Source of the DNA: Desulfobacteraceae bacterium UBA2174
GTDB taxonomy: Bacteria > Desulfobacterota > Desulfobacteria > Desulfobacterales > UBA2174
DNA length: 64,000 bases
Direction: 5' to 3'
Assembly: GCA_002327445.1 (NCBI GenBank)
Contig: DCWA01000009.1
Location: 7,181 to 71,180, forward strand
In this document: piece by piece, positions 46,403 to 56,300 of the stretch
How positions within the stretch are numbered: position 1 is the first letter of the stretch
How the letters are laid out: each line of letters begins with the position of its first letter
The notes under the pieces: generated by a model
Seen by the model: the letters and a program-made list of their open reading frames with translations, nothing else
Database searches by the model: none
What the model was told of the DNA's origin: nothing
Made by a program: the position numbers and the translations under genes

Positions 46403-46542
46403 AAAAGCCGAAAACAGCCATTGTCATTCCGAGGAGCTTGCGACGAGGAATCTCAAGCATCCGCTATTATTATACATTCCGTTTTACGAAGAGATCCCTC
46501 GCTGCGCTCGGGATGACAATTCGGATTTTTTACGAAGGCATC
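46390..46542. mobile_element. 153-bp MITE with 6-bp target-site duplication AAGGTT, containing a GTCAT/ATGAC REP-like palindrome
   Basis: Ends GATAACGTCGTGAAAAAGCCGAA / TTCGGATTTTTTACGAAGGCATC; AAGGTT at 46384-46389 and 46543-46548; inner palindrome 46420-46520. Confidence 0.82.
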
Positions 46543-46549
46543 AAGGTTC

Positions 46550-47748
46550 GGCGATGTCCCCATTTCATTGACAAGCTGACGGGAATGCCAACAGCTCGCC
46601 AAACGTCCACGGGTGATTTGTGATTTTGGCCGCCATGGCAGGGGTTGTCGCCCGAAAAACTCTGTCGGCACCCCGACTCAGCGATTCGTGCGGCCGGATG
46701 AAATCGTAGCACGCTACGCAGATTGCGAACTTTGCAGTGAGCCATCGCTGAGACCGAGCCGCCGTTGGTGCCTTACGTGCCAAGTGGGCGTCCCAAAGGC
46801 GCCAGTCCAAATTCGACCGCTCAATGTAAGCCGTATTGACGGTGCGGCTCGGCGAGTTGACCAGTCGGGCTTCAATGCGCTCTTGGCTGCCATGAACGAC
46901 CTTGCGTTCCACCTTGACGACCCGGGCACCCTTTCGAGTCTTATGAACCGTTGCGTAATCCAGATCCTTATCGACGACCCGCACAGGACTGCGAGGCCTG
47001 CCGCGTTTGCCGGTAGGCTCCGGTGCAATCAACTCGTGGAACAGCTCGGCCAAGACGGTTGCGTAATGGGGCAACTCGTCGGAAACAAACAGGGGCTTGC
47101 CTTTGAGGCGGCCGACCAGGTCTTTGAGAAACTTTCGGGCATCGTCCAATTCTCGGCCGCCAATCAGGAAGGCAATCAGAAGTCGGGATGGGGTGTCGAT
47201 GGCCGTCCAGATCCAGGTTTGTCCGTACTGGCTCTCGATGTCCTCCCTGCTGCCAGAACATCTCTTTTTTTTACAAACGCCCACAGCTCGTCGAGTTGGG
47301 TCTCAGTGAGCTCCAATGACTTTAGCAGGCTTGACAGCACGCGCGCGCAGTGTTCTCCTGCACGCAGGATGACTCGGTTGACGGTGTCCTTGTCGAGCCC
47401 GAGCAACCGGGCCGTAGCCCGCACGCCGACGCCTTCGGCTGCGTGGTGAATGATCTGGCGGATCGTCTCGGCCGGAAGATGAATTCCGAACAGCGCACTG
47501 GCGCGGGTAGCGGCAAAACGCTGGCCGCAGGTTCGGCAGTGCAACAGATCGCGGCTCTTGTCCTTGCCGTACTTGCCGCGGACACCAATGTTGCCCTGTC
47601 CTCGAAGGCCGTAGTCCTTGCATTGGTTGTTGGGACAGAAGCATTGCTCAAGGTCGGTCATGGCTTGCCTCCCGATATCCTTTATGAACTGCACGGGGGC
47701 AAGCCTACTACAATCAGGGCCGCATGTCAACTATATGGGGACATTGCC
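46550..47748 (-). mobile_element. IS1-family insertion sequence (1199 bp)
   Basis: 24-bp imperfect IRs GGCGATGTCCCCATTTCATTGACA / rc GGCAATGTCCCCATATAGTTGACA; no flanking direct repeat. Confidence 0.88.
46565..47661 (-). CDS. IS1-family transposase (InsA zinc-finger/HTH + InsB DDE) joined by -1 frameshift
   Basis: CPN..C...C..CG..F zinc finger, HTH, DELW.FV then A8 run (47265-47272), W.W.AID, SDEL..Y, NTAYIER.N, TPAMAA. Confidence 0.88.
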
Positions 47749-47769
47749 CGGGATTTGGTCACCCCCGCT

Positions 47770-47838
47770 CATGAAAATCATCCCTTCTCCCCCCATGGGG
47801 GGAGAAGATCAGGGTGAGGGGGCTGTATTTTCACGGTA
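47770..47838. repeat. REP-like GC-rich palindrome (CTTCTCCCCCCA-TGGGGGGAGAAG...GGGTGAGGGGG)
   Basis: Perfect palindrome bracketed by TGAAAAT/ATTTTCA. Confidence 0.65.
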
Positions 47839-47887
47839 AAAATTCTGTTTGACAGTTCATTTTCTTCGCGCTACAGGAAATCCAAAT

Positions 47888-48050
47888 ATGTTCAGGTGCT
47901 TCTTAAGGAGCCGAAGAGGGAACCCCGCGAGAATCGGGGACGGGCCCGCCGCTGTGATCGGGGACGAAAGCTGCATGATGCCACTGGCCGGAAGGTCGGG
48001 AAGGCGCAGCCGGTAGGAAGATCCGAGAGTCAGAAGACCTGCCTGGACAT
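47888..48050 (+). ncRNA. Cobalamin riboswitch
   Basis: AGGTGC...AAGAGGGAA.CCCG.GAGAATCGGG..CGGGCCCGCCGCTGTGA...GCCACTG...GGGAAGG...GAGTCAGAAGACCTGCC (B12 box). Confidence 0.93.
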
Positions 48051-48114
48051 TTCGAGGTGACGGCTGCGTGGACGGCGGCGTGCCTTGGCAGTTATCTGCG
48101 GATAAAAAAGGGAC

Positions 48115-48152
48115 ATCCCGGATCGAAAATGCTTCGATCCGGGATTTTTTTT
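48115..48152 (+). terminator. Intrinsic terminator (riboswitch expression platform)
   Basis: 13-bp perfect stem ATCCCGGATCGAA/TTCGATCCGGGAT followed by T run. Confidence 0.85.
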
Positions 48153-48243
48153 GCTTTTTTGATGCAGACGCCGCCGCCCTCGGTTTGCTTTTCGGCTTCC
48201 TTCCCGCGCAAGCGAAGCGCGCATCGATGGGGATGGCGTTGTC

Positions 48244-49026
48244 ATGCTGACGGCCCGATCGGCCTTATCAATCGCAACGGTCCTGTATGCCCTGGCGCTG
48301 GCCGCCAGTTTCAGGCCCCGGCAGCGCCCCGGTTTCACGCCGTGGCTGCTGCTGCCGGCCGTCGGCGCCAACGCGGCGGCCGTGGCCCTGCGCTACTGGC
48401 AGGCCTGGCCCATGCTGCCCATGCATCTCGGATCCGCGGCCCTGCCGCTTTTCATGGGCCTGCTGGCGGCCTTGCCGCCCACCTGGAAAACCGGGGACGC
48501 GCAGGAATCCGGCGTCCGGCGCGCGGTGCTGGCTTTGGCCTTTCTGCTGGCCGCATCGGCGGTGTGCTTTCCCAAAGATTTCTACCTGCCGTTTCTCAAA
48601 TCCGCGACCCCCTTCGCCCATCTGTTCTTTCTCTTCGGCACCGCCGGCAAGGGCTGCTTTCTCTTCGGCGCGGCCCGGGCCGCGTTCGCCTGGCAAAGGG
48701 TGCCTCGGTGCGGCCGGCAGGAGACGTCGCTGCACGCAGAAAGCCGCTGGTTTCCCCCGATCGCCTGGGGGTTTGTCCTGTGGACCCTTTCCATGTTCGC
48801 CGGCGAGCTGTGGTCCTATCGGGGCTGGGGAACCCCGGTGGTCTGGGACGATCCGGCCATCGTCGCCGCCATGGCCACCTGGTTTTTTTACATCGGTCTG
48901 CTGCATCTGCATCTGACCCGGACCTGGGGGCCCAGGGGTCGGGCCGTCTTTGCGGCCCTGGGCGGCGCGGGTGTGCTGGCGCTGAACTGCGTTCCGGACT
49001 TCGGTCCGTTCCGGCCGCCGTTTTAA
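48244..49026 (+). CDS. CcsA/ResC-like cytochrome c assembly membrane protein
   Basis: GELWSYRGWGTPVVWDD (WWD-like domain), W.FY...LH, ~8 TMs. Confidence 0.78.
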   Translation: MLTARSALSIATVLYALALAASFRPRQRPGFTPWLLLPAVGANAAAVALRYWQAWPMLPMHLGSAALPLFMGLLAALPPTWKTGDAQESGVRRAVLALAFLLAASAVCFPKDFYLPFLKSATPFAHLFFLFGTAGKGCFLFGAARAAFAWQRVPRCGRQETSLHAESRWFPPIAWGFVLWTLSMFAGELWSYRGWGTPVVWDDPAIVAAMATWFFYIGLLHLHLTRTWGPRGRAVFAALGGAGVLALNCVPDFGPFRPPF

Positions 49027-49034
49027 ACCCGGAG

Positions 49035-49853
49035 ATGAAGGCGATGGCATCCCTGCTATGGCACAAACTGGGCAGCATCCGCCTGACGGTGATCGTCTGC
49101 CTGCTTCTGTGGGGCGATCTAGCCTGGGGGTACTTTTGCCTCAAGGGCCGCACGAGCCTGTTTGCGCCCCTCAACGACATCGGCCTGCTGGCCTGGATGG
49201 CCACCTACGGCCGCCACAATCCGGCGCTGACCGCCTGGTTCTTCATCCTGCTGGTCCTGCTCGCCCTGCTGTGCGTCAATACGTTTGCCTGCACCACCGA
49301 GCGGGTGATCCTGCTGGTGCGCGTGCGCGAAGCCTTTCCCGGGCGGCGCCTGGTTTTCAAGTTCGCCCCGCACCTGATGCACTACGCCCTGATCGTCATC
49401 CTGGCCGGCTACCTGTGCAGCTATCTCTGCGCCCGCGTCTCGCCCGGCTTCACCCTGGTGCCCGGAGTTCCCGTGACGCTTCCCGGCACGGCGGCCCGGA
49501 TCACGCTGGAGTCCTTCGACCCGCTTTACTACCGCGGGAACCGCCTGCCGTTCCTGGACAACCGGGTGATCCGGCCCCGGGCCCGCCTGCGGCTCGTCGA
49601 CGGCGATACGCGCCGAACGGCGGTGCTCAGCGATTGCCGGCCGGTGCGTTTCCGGGGCTGCGGGATTTTCATGGCCGACTATTCGCCCAAGAAAAAGGGG
49701 AGCACGGCGATGCGGGCGCGCATCGACACCTGTGTCCGCAAGGATCCCGGCGTCGGCCTGTATATGGCCGGCATAGGGATGTTTACCGCCGGCCTGATCC
49801 TGTATGCGGGCCACTGGTTCTGGAGCGGCAGGAACGGAAAGGAGTTGCCATGA
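49035..49853 (+). CDS. ResB/CcsB-like membrane protein (short form)
   Basis: LGSIRLT, WF..LL.LL..L.VN..ACT..R, HL.H, periplasmic beta region, .RKDPG..L.M.G. Confidence 0.72.
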   Translation: MKAMASLLWHKLGSIRLTVIVCLLLWGDLAWGYFCLKGRTSLFAPLNDIGLLAWMATYGRHNPALTAWFFILLVLLALLCVNTFACTTERVILLVRVREAFPGRRLVFKFAPHLMHYALIVILAGYLCSYLCARVSPGFTLVPGVPVTLPGTAARITLESFDPLYYRGNRLPFLDNRVIRPRARLRLVDGDTRRTAVLSDCRPVRFRGCGIFMADYSPKKKGSTAMRARIDTCVRKDPGVGLYMAGIGMFTAGLILYAGHWFWSGRNGKELP

Positions 49854-50974
49854 GAACGATTGCCCGTCCCGCCGCCTGTGCGGCGGCCCTGATGATCGTC
49901 TTGACGATGGGGGCCTGCACCGGGGACGGCGGAGAAACGGACCGGTCGTTTCTCCAGATCGGAGAATTCGCCATCCACCGCATCGATGAGAACCGCACCG
50001 AGGTGCGCGACGGCGCCGGCCGCATCCTGGTGCTGATCCCCCGCGGGGCACCGACGCCCGAAGACTGCGACCCGCTCCGGGTGGTGCGGACCCCCGTGGC
50101 GCGGGTGGTGGCCGGCGGCACTTTCGAGGTGGCCATGCTGCGGGCCCTGGGGGTCCTCGACGATGTCCTGGTGGGCGTCACCCGGCCGGCCGATCACTGG
50201 TACGTCGAGGAAGTGCGCCGCGGCATGCAAGCCGGCCGCATCGCCTACCTGGGCGACGGGCCCGACATCGACTTCGAGCGCCTGCGCCAGCAGCGGCCCG
50301 AACTGGTGCTCACCTGGGACCGCTCGCTGATCCCGATGCTCGACGAGCTGAAGATTCCCTGCGCCATCACCTCGGGCCCGGTGGCCCAGTGCCTCAATGC
50401 CCGCATGCGCTTCGTGCAGTTTCTGGCCCCGTTTTTCGGGCGCCAGCGGGAGGCCGACGCCTTTTTCGAGCGGGTGAACGGCTCCTTGATCGAACTGCGC
50501 CAGCGCACGGCCGGCTCGACCATCCAGCCCGGGGTGATGTGGGGCGACATCTACGAAAAGCGCGTGCTGGTGGAACCGGGCAACGCCTGGGTGGGCGAGC
50601 TGGTGGAGCTGGTGGAAAGCGATTATCTCTTCGAGGATGTCTTCGGCACCTCGTGCATCGAGATCTCCGTGGAACGCTTTCTGCACTCCGGGCAGGAGGC
50701 CGACATCTTCTTCACCTACCGCACGGCCGCCGACGGGGTGACCTCCAAGGCGGCCTTGGCCCGGCTCAATCCGCTGCTGGCCGGGATCCGGCCCATCCGC
50801 TCCGGCAGGGTCTACGCCCCCCGTCCCCACTACGCCCAGTCGGCGGACCGGCTGGATGAGATCCTCACCGAGATCGCCGCCATCCTGCACCCGGATGTGT
50901 ATCCGGATTATTCCCTGCAATACTTCGTCGCGTTGCCGGACGACGATCCGGCGGCGCCGGAGAGTGCACCATGA
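49850..50974 (+). CDS. ABC substrate-binding lipoprotein (BtuF/siderophore class)
   Basis: Lipobox MGAC; .RTPV.RVV, DFE.L....PELV, A..LHP. Confidence 0.85.
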   Translation: MRTIARPAACAAALMIVLTMGACTGDGGETDRSFLQIGEFAIHRIDENRTEVRDGAGRILVLIPRGAPTPEDCDPLRVVRTPVARVVAGGTFEVAMLRALGVLDDVLVGVTRPADHWYVEEVRRGMQAGRIAYLGDGPDIDFERLRQQRPELVLTWDRSLIPMLDELKIPCAITSGPVAQCLNARMRFVQFLAPFFGRQREADAFFERVNGSLIELRQRTAGSTIQPGVMWGDIYEKRVLVEPGNAWVGELVELVESDYLFEDVFGTSCIEISVERFLHSGQEADIFFTYRTAADGVTSKAALARLNPLLAGIRPIRSGRVYAPRPHYAQSADRLDEILTEIAAILHPDVYPDYSLQYFVALPDDDPAAPESAP

Positions 50975-52020
50975 ACGTCGTCGCCGGCGCAACGTCCTGC
51001 CCGGTCGCCGCCCCCCGGATTCGCGCCGCGCTGGTCTTCGGCGTGCTGGCGATTCTGGTGGCGGTCGTACTGGTGGCAAACGTCGGCATCGGATCGGTGG
51101 CCATCTCGCCGGCCGAGATCCTGGAAATGCTCCGCCGGCCGGGCGACGACAGCATCGTCGGGGCCATCGTGTGGAAGATCCGCATCCCCCGGGCCATCGC
51201 CGCCGTGGTCGGCGGGGCCTACCTGGCGGTATCGGGTCTGCTGCTCCAGGTTTACTTCCGCAACCCCATCGTCGGCCCCTTCATCCTGGGCATCTCTTCG
51301 GGGGCCACGGTGATGGTTTCCCTGGTGATGCTCACCTCGCTCACCGTCGGACTGACCGTGCTGAGCCCGTTTATGACCACCCTGGCCGCCTTCGCCGGGG
51401 CCTACGGGGTCATGATGATCGTGGTGGCCGTGGCCGCCCGGGTGAAAAACAGCGTCACGCTGCTCATCGTGGGTCTGATGATGGGCTACCTGTGCGGCGC
51501 GGTGACCGCCGTGCTCACCGCCCTGGCGGAAAAGGAGAAGATCAAGGGCTTCGTACTGTGGCAGTTGGGAAGCTTTTCCGGGTTCAAATGGAGTGAAATC
51601 CAGGTCCTGCTCGTCGGCGGAGGCCTTGTTTTGGTCTTGATCTACACCCTGAGCAAGCCCTTGAACGCCTTTTTGCTCGGCGAAGAATACGCCGCCTCCA
51701 TGGGCGTTCCCATCCGCCGCTTCCGGGTCCTGATCCTGCTGTGCGCCTGCGCCCTGGCCGGCATGATCACGGCGGCCGCCGGACCGGTGGCCTTCGTGGG
51801 GCTGGCCGTTCCGCACATGGCGCGCCTGAGCTTCGCCACCTCGGACAACCGGGTCCTGATTCCCGGCGCCTGCCTCATCGGCGCCCTGGTGACCAGCCTC
51901 TGCGACCTGGTCGCCCGCATGCTGCTCTCGCCGGTGGAGCTACCGCTTTCGGCCATCACCGCCTTTTTCGGGGCGCCCATCGTCATCGGTCTGCTGCTCA
52001 AGCGCCGGGTGGAGATGTGA
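50971..52020 (+). CDS. BtuC/FecCD-family permease
   Basis: RIPR, SGLLLQ..FRNP...P.ILGISSGA, LGEEYA.SMG, GPVAFVGLAVPH. Confidence 0.93.
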   Translation: MNVVAGATSCPVAAPRIRAALVFGVLAILVAVVLVANVGIGSVAISPAEILEMLRRPGDDSIVGAIVWKIRIPRAIAAVVGGAYLAVSGLLLQVYFRNPIVGPFILGISSGATVMVSLVMLTSLTVGLTVLSPFMTTLAAFAGAYGVMMIVVAVAARVKNSVTLLIVGLMMGYLCGAVTAVLTALAEKEKIKGFVLWQLGSFSGFKWSEIQVLLVGGGLVLVLIYTLSKPLNAFLLGEEYAASMGVPIRRFRVLILLCACALAGMITAAAGPVAFVGLAVPHMARLSFATSDNRVLIPGACLIGALVTSLCDLVARMLLSPVELPLSAITAFFGAPIVIGLLLKRRVEM

Positions 52021-52046
52021 GATTGAATAACAGAGGGAAACTCGAC

Positions 52047-53342
52047 ATGAAAAAACACCTGAAGCAACCAACGAAGCCGGAAGACCGATCACCCGTTCTC
52101 ACCTGCCGCAACCTGACCGTCGGATACAAAGACAAGCCGGTGCTCAGCGGGGTGGATCTGAGCCTGGAGGCGGGGCATTTCGTCACCCTCCTGGGTCCCA
52201 ACGGCGCGGGCAAGACCACCCTGCTGCGTACCCTGTCGCGCCACCTTGCCCCGCTGTCCGGCGACATCCGCATCCACGGGCGGCCTCTGGCCGCCATGCG
52301 CGCCGCGGAGTTGGCCCGCTTCATGGCGGTGGTGCTCACCAACAAGGTGGCGCCGCCGCTTTTCTCGGTCTACGAATTCGTGGCCCTGGGCCGCTATCCG
52401 CACACCGATTTTCTGGGACGGCTGGGGCCGGACGATCACGCGGCCGTGCAATCCGCCCTGGCCGCGGTGCGCGCCGAAGGCTTGGCCCGGCGAATCTTCA
52501 CCGATCTGAGCGACGGCGAACGCCAGAAGGCCTTGGTGGCCCGCGCCCTGGCCCAGCAGCCGCAACTGCTGCTCCTGGACGAGCCCACCCTGCACCTGGA
52601 TTTGAAGCACCGCCTGGAAGTGATGGCCATCCTGCGCGACCTTTGCCGCAAACGGAAAATCACCGTGCTGGCCTCCCTGCATGACGTGGACGTGGCCGCC
52701 AAGGTCTCCGATCGGGTGGCCCTGATCAAGGACGGCCGCCTGTCGGCCTGGGGCGCACCCGAGCAGATCCTCACCGGCGGCAGTGTGGCGGCGCTTTACG
52801 ATTTCGACGGCGCCGCCTTCAGCCGCCACTTGGGCGGCATCGAAATGCGCGGCGACGGGAGCCGCGGTCGGGCCTTCGTGGTGGCCGGCATGGGCAGCGG
52901 CGCCCAAATCTACCGCCTGCTGGCCAAGCGCGGTTTCGCCATCGCCACCGGCGTGCTCCACACCAACGACCTGGACTACTTCGTGGCCCGCTCCCTGGGG
53001 GCGGAGTGCGCCATCCAGTCCTCCATGCAGGCCATAGACCATCACAACCTTGCCGCCGCCGACCAGCTATCGGCGGGCTGTGATGTGGTGATCGACTGCG
53101 GATTCGAGGTGGGACCCATGAACGAGGCCAACCTGACCCTGGTGAAAAACGCCGTGGGCGCCGGCCGGGCCGTGTTCAGCCTGCGCGGCAACGGGACCGG
53201 CGCGCCGGAGGAAGGACAAGCCGGTCACGGGTGTATTCGCTGCCAGGACCCAGGCCACTTACTTGACCTATTGGAGTCGTACTTGGCAGTGAAACACGGT
53301 GCGCCGCAAGCCGCCCAATCAGAGAAGGAGTCTGTCTCATGA
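52047..53342 (+). CDS. BtuD/FecE-family ABC ATPase with C-terminal extension
   Basis: GPNGAGKTT, LSDGERQK, LLDEPT.HLD, SLHD; extra ~170 aa with GVLHTNDLD. Confidence 0.9.
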   Translation: MKKHLKQPTKPEDRSPVLTCRNLTVGYKDKPVLSGVDLSLEAGHFVTLLGPNGAGKTTLLRTLSRHLAPLSGDIRIHGRPLAAMRAAELARFMAVVLTNKVAPPLFSVYEFVALGRYPHTDFLGRLGPDDHAAVQSALAAVRAEGLARRIFTDLSDGERQKALVARALAQQPQLLLLDEPTLHLDLKHRLEVMAILRDLCRKRKITVLASLHDVDVAAKVSDRVALIKDGRLSAWGAPEQILTGGSVAALYDFDGAAFSRHLGGIEMRGDGSRGRAFVVAGMGSGAQIYRLLAKRGFAIATGVLHTNDLDYFVARSLGAECAIQSSMQAIDHHNLAAADQLSAGCDVVIDCGFEVGPMNEANLTLVKNAVGAGRAVFSLRGNGTGAPEEGQAGHGCIRCQDPGHLLDLLESYLAVKHGAPQAAQSEKESVS

Positions 53343-56300
53343 AGCCCTACACCCTGTGCTACTACTCGGACGGCCTGGAAATGCCCACCTTGAGCGAAGG
53401 CGTGCGCCTGTTCACGGACGCGGGCGGAACCGTCAAGGTACACGCCCGCACCCAGACCCAGCTCTTCGACCAGGCGCGCCAGGCCGCCTTCGTCAAACAG
53501 GCCCTTTCCTCGGACGCGATCATCGTCACCTTGCACGGCGGCAAGCCGTCGTTTCCCGCTTTCGATCGATTCACGGACGCCCTGGCCCGATTGCCGGCCG
53601 ACCGGCGACCCTATGTGCACATTCAACCCATCAGCGGGGATGAAGATTCCCTCGAGGCGGCCCGGGAGCATTCCACCGATTTCGGACAACCGGCCTGGGA
53701 CGAGATCCAGCGCTACCTGAGCTGCGGCGGGCCGCTCAATTTCCATCAACTGCTCATTTATCTCCACAACCGCCTTTTCGACGACGACCGGACCGACGTT
53801 CGTCCCGCGGTTGAGCTGCCCCACGAAGGCCTCTACCATCCGGACATGTCCGGGATCCCCGACCTGGACGTCTATCTTGCCGAGCAGGTCGATCCGGCCA
53901 GGCCCACGGTGGGGTTGTGGTTTTACCAAACCTATTGGCTTAACAACAACCTGGCCTTCATCGACACCATCATCCGGGCCGTGGAGGCCCAAGGGGCCAA
54001 CATCCTCCCGGTCTTCCACCGGCGCTACAAGGATGCCGAGCGGGGCAACCGCGGCGCCGACTATATTGTGGAACATTTTTTCATGGACGGCGACCGGCCG
54101 CGCATCGACGTGCTGATCAACCCCCTGATGTTCTCCCTGACCCTGGCGGCGCCGGAGTACAAGAGCCTGCTGCCCCGGCTCGATGTGCCGTTCATCCAGA
54201 CCATGACCTGCTTGGCGCCGTTTGCCCAGTGGTCCGAGAGCGTCCAGGGACTGCCCACCATGGATGTCTCCTACTCGGCGGCCCAACCCGAATTCGACGG
54301 CGCCCTGATCACCGTGCCCTGCGCCACCCGAGAAGAGAAAACGGTCGATCCGCTCACCGGCGCCCTGATCGCCAAGTACATGCCCATTGACGAACGGGTG
54401 GAGAAGATGGTGCGCCTGGCTTTGAACTGGGCCCGCCTCAAACGTACGCCCAACAATGAACGCCGGGTGGCCGTGATCTTTCACCACTACCCGCCGCGCA
54501 ACGACCGCATCGGCTGCGCCGCCGGCCTGGACAGCTTCGCCGGCGTCAAGGTCCTGCTGGACCGCATGCGGGCCGAGGGCTACCGCATCGAGCGCACCTT
54601 CGCCGACGGCGACGCGCTGGCCCACGAAATGCTCTCGCGCATGACCTGCGACCGGCGCTGGCTGCCCGTGGATCAACTGGCGGCCAAAGCCGAGGCCCAT
54701 GCCGGCGCCGAGCACTATGACGGCTGGCACACCGAGCTGCCCGGCCCCATCCGGGAGAAGATGACCGAGGACTGGGGCAAGATTCCCGGCGAGCTCTTCG
54801 TCCACGACGGCCGGATGCTGCACTTTGCCGGCATGCACAACGGCAACGTCTTTCTCACCATTCAGCCCCCCAGGGGCTACCTGGAGAATGTGGAGAAGAT
54901 CTACCACGACATGTACCTGTCGCCGCCCCACCACTACCTGGCCCAGTACCGCTGGATCCGGGACGTTTTCAAAGCCCATGTGGTGATGCACGTGGGCAAG
55001 CACGGCAGCCTCGAGTGGCTGCCCGGCAAGGCCCTTGGGTTGTCGGAAAAATGCTACCCCGACCTGGCCATCATGGAGCTGCCCAATGTGTACCCGTACA
55101 TCATCAACGACCCCGGCGAAGGCACCCAGGCCAAACGGCGCAGCTACTGCTGCATCATCGACCACCTGACACCGGCCTACACCAATGCCGATCTGTACGA
55201 CGATTTGGGCAAGGTGCAGGGATTGGTGGCCGACCATACCGCGGCCGTGGCAGAAGACCCGGCCAAGGTGGAAATCCTGCGCCCCATGATCTGGGAGGCG
55301 GTGGTTGCGGCAAGCCTGGACAAGGACCTGGAGATCACCCGGGAAGAGGCTTTGGCCGATTTCGGCGCTTTTTTGGAAAAGCTGCACGCTTACATCGAAG
55401 AACTTTCCGACACGATGATCAACGACGGCCTGCACGTGCTGGGCAATGCCCCGGAAGGCGAGCGCCTGGAGCAGTTCGTGGTGCAGATGACCCGCCTGGC
55501 CAACGGCGACGTGCCCTCCCTGCGCGAATCCCTGGTCACGGCCATGGGCTATGACTACGACGATGTGCTGGAAAACCGCGGCCAACGCCCCGGACGGTTC
55601 AACGGCCTCAGCGGCGCGGAAATCGTCAGCCGGGCCCATCAAAAGGCCCTGGCCCTGGCGCACGGCTTAGCAATGGTGGATTACAACGCCGACCGAATTC
55701 CGGCGGTGACCGCCGACCTCATGGAGCGCCGCTCGCCCCGGGTGGAGGCGGCCCTGGCCTACATCGCCGAGACCCTGGTACCCAATATCCGGCGCTGCAC
55801 CGAAGAGATCGATTTCAGCCTGGCCGGTTTCTGCGGGGGGTTCGTGCCCCCCGGCCCCTCGGGCGCCCCCACTCGGGGCCAGGCCGATATCCTGCCCACG
55901 GGCCGCAACTTCTACTCGGTGGACCCCAATAAGATCCCCACCCCGGCGGCCTGGGAAGTGGGCGTGCGCCTGGGCGACGCCCTTATCGAGCGCTACAGGG
56001 AGGCCTCGGGCAAATACCCGGACAACATCGGCATCCTGGTATACGGGAGCCCCACCATGCGCACCCGGGGCGACGACATCGCCGAGATCTACTACCTTAT
56101 GGGCCTCAAGCCCGTGTGGGCCAAAGGCAGCGGCAATGTCACCGGGCTTTCGGTAATCCCCTTGAGTGAGCTCAAACGGCCGCGTTTGGATGTCACCCCG
56201 CGCATCTCGGGCTTTTTCCGGGACTGCTTTCCAAACCTGGTGGAGCGCATCGACGAAGCCGTGCGCATGGTGGCGGCCCTGAAAGAGCCGCCGGAGAGTA

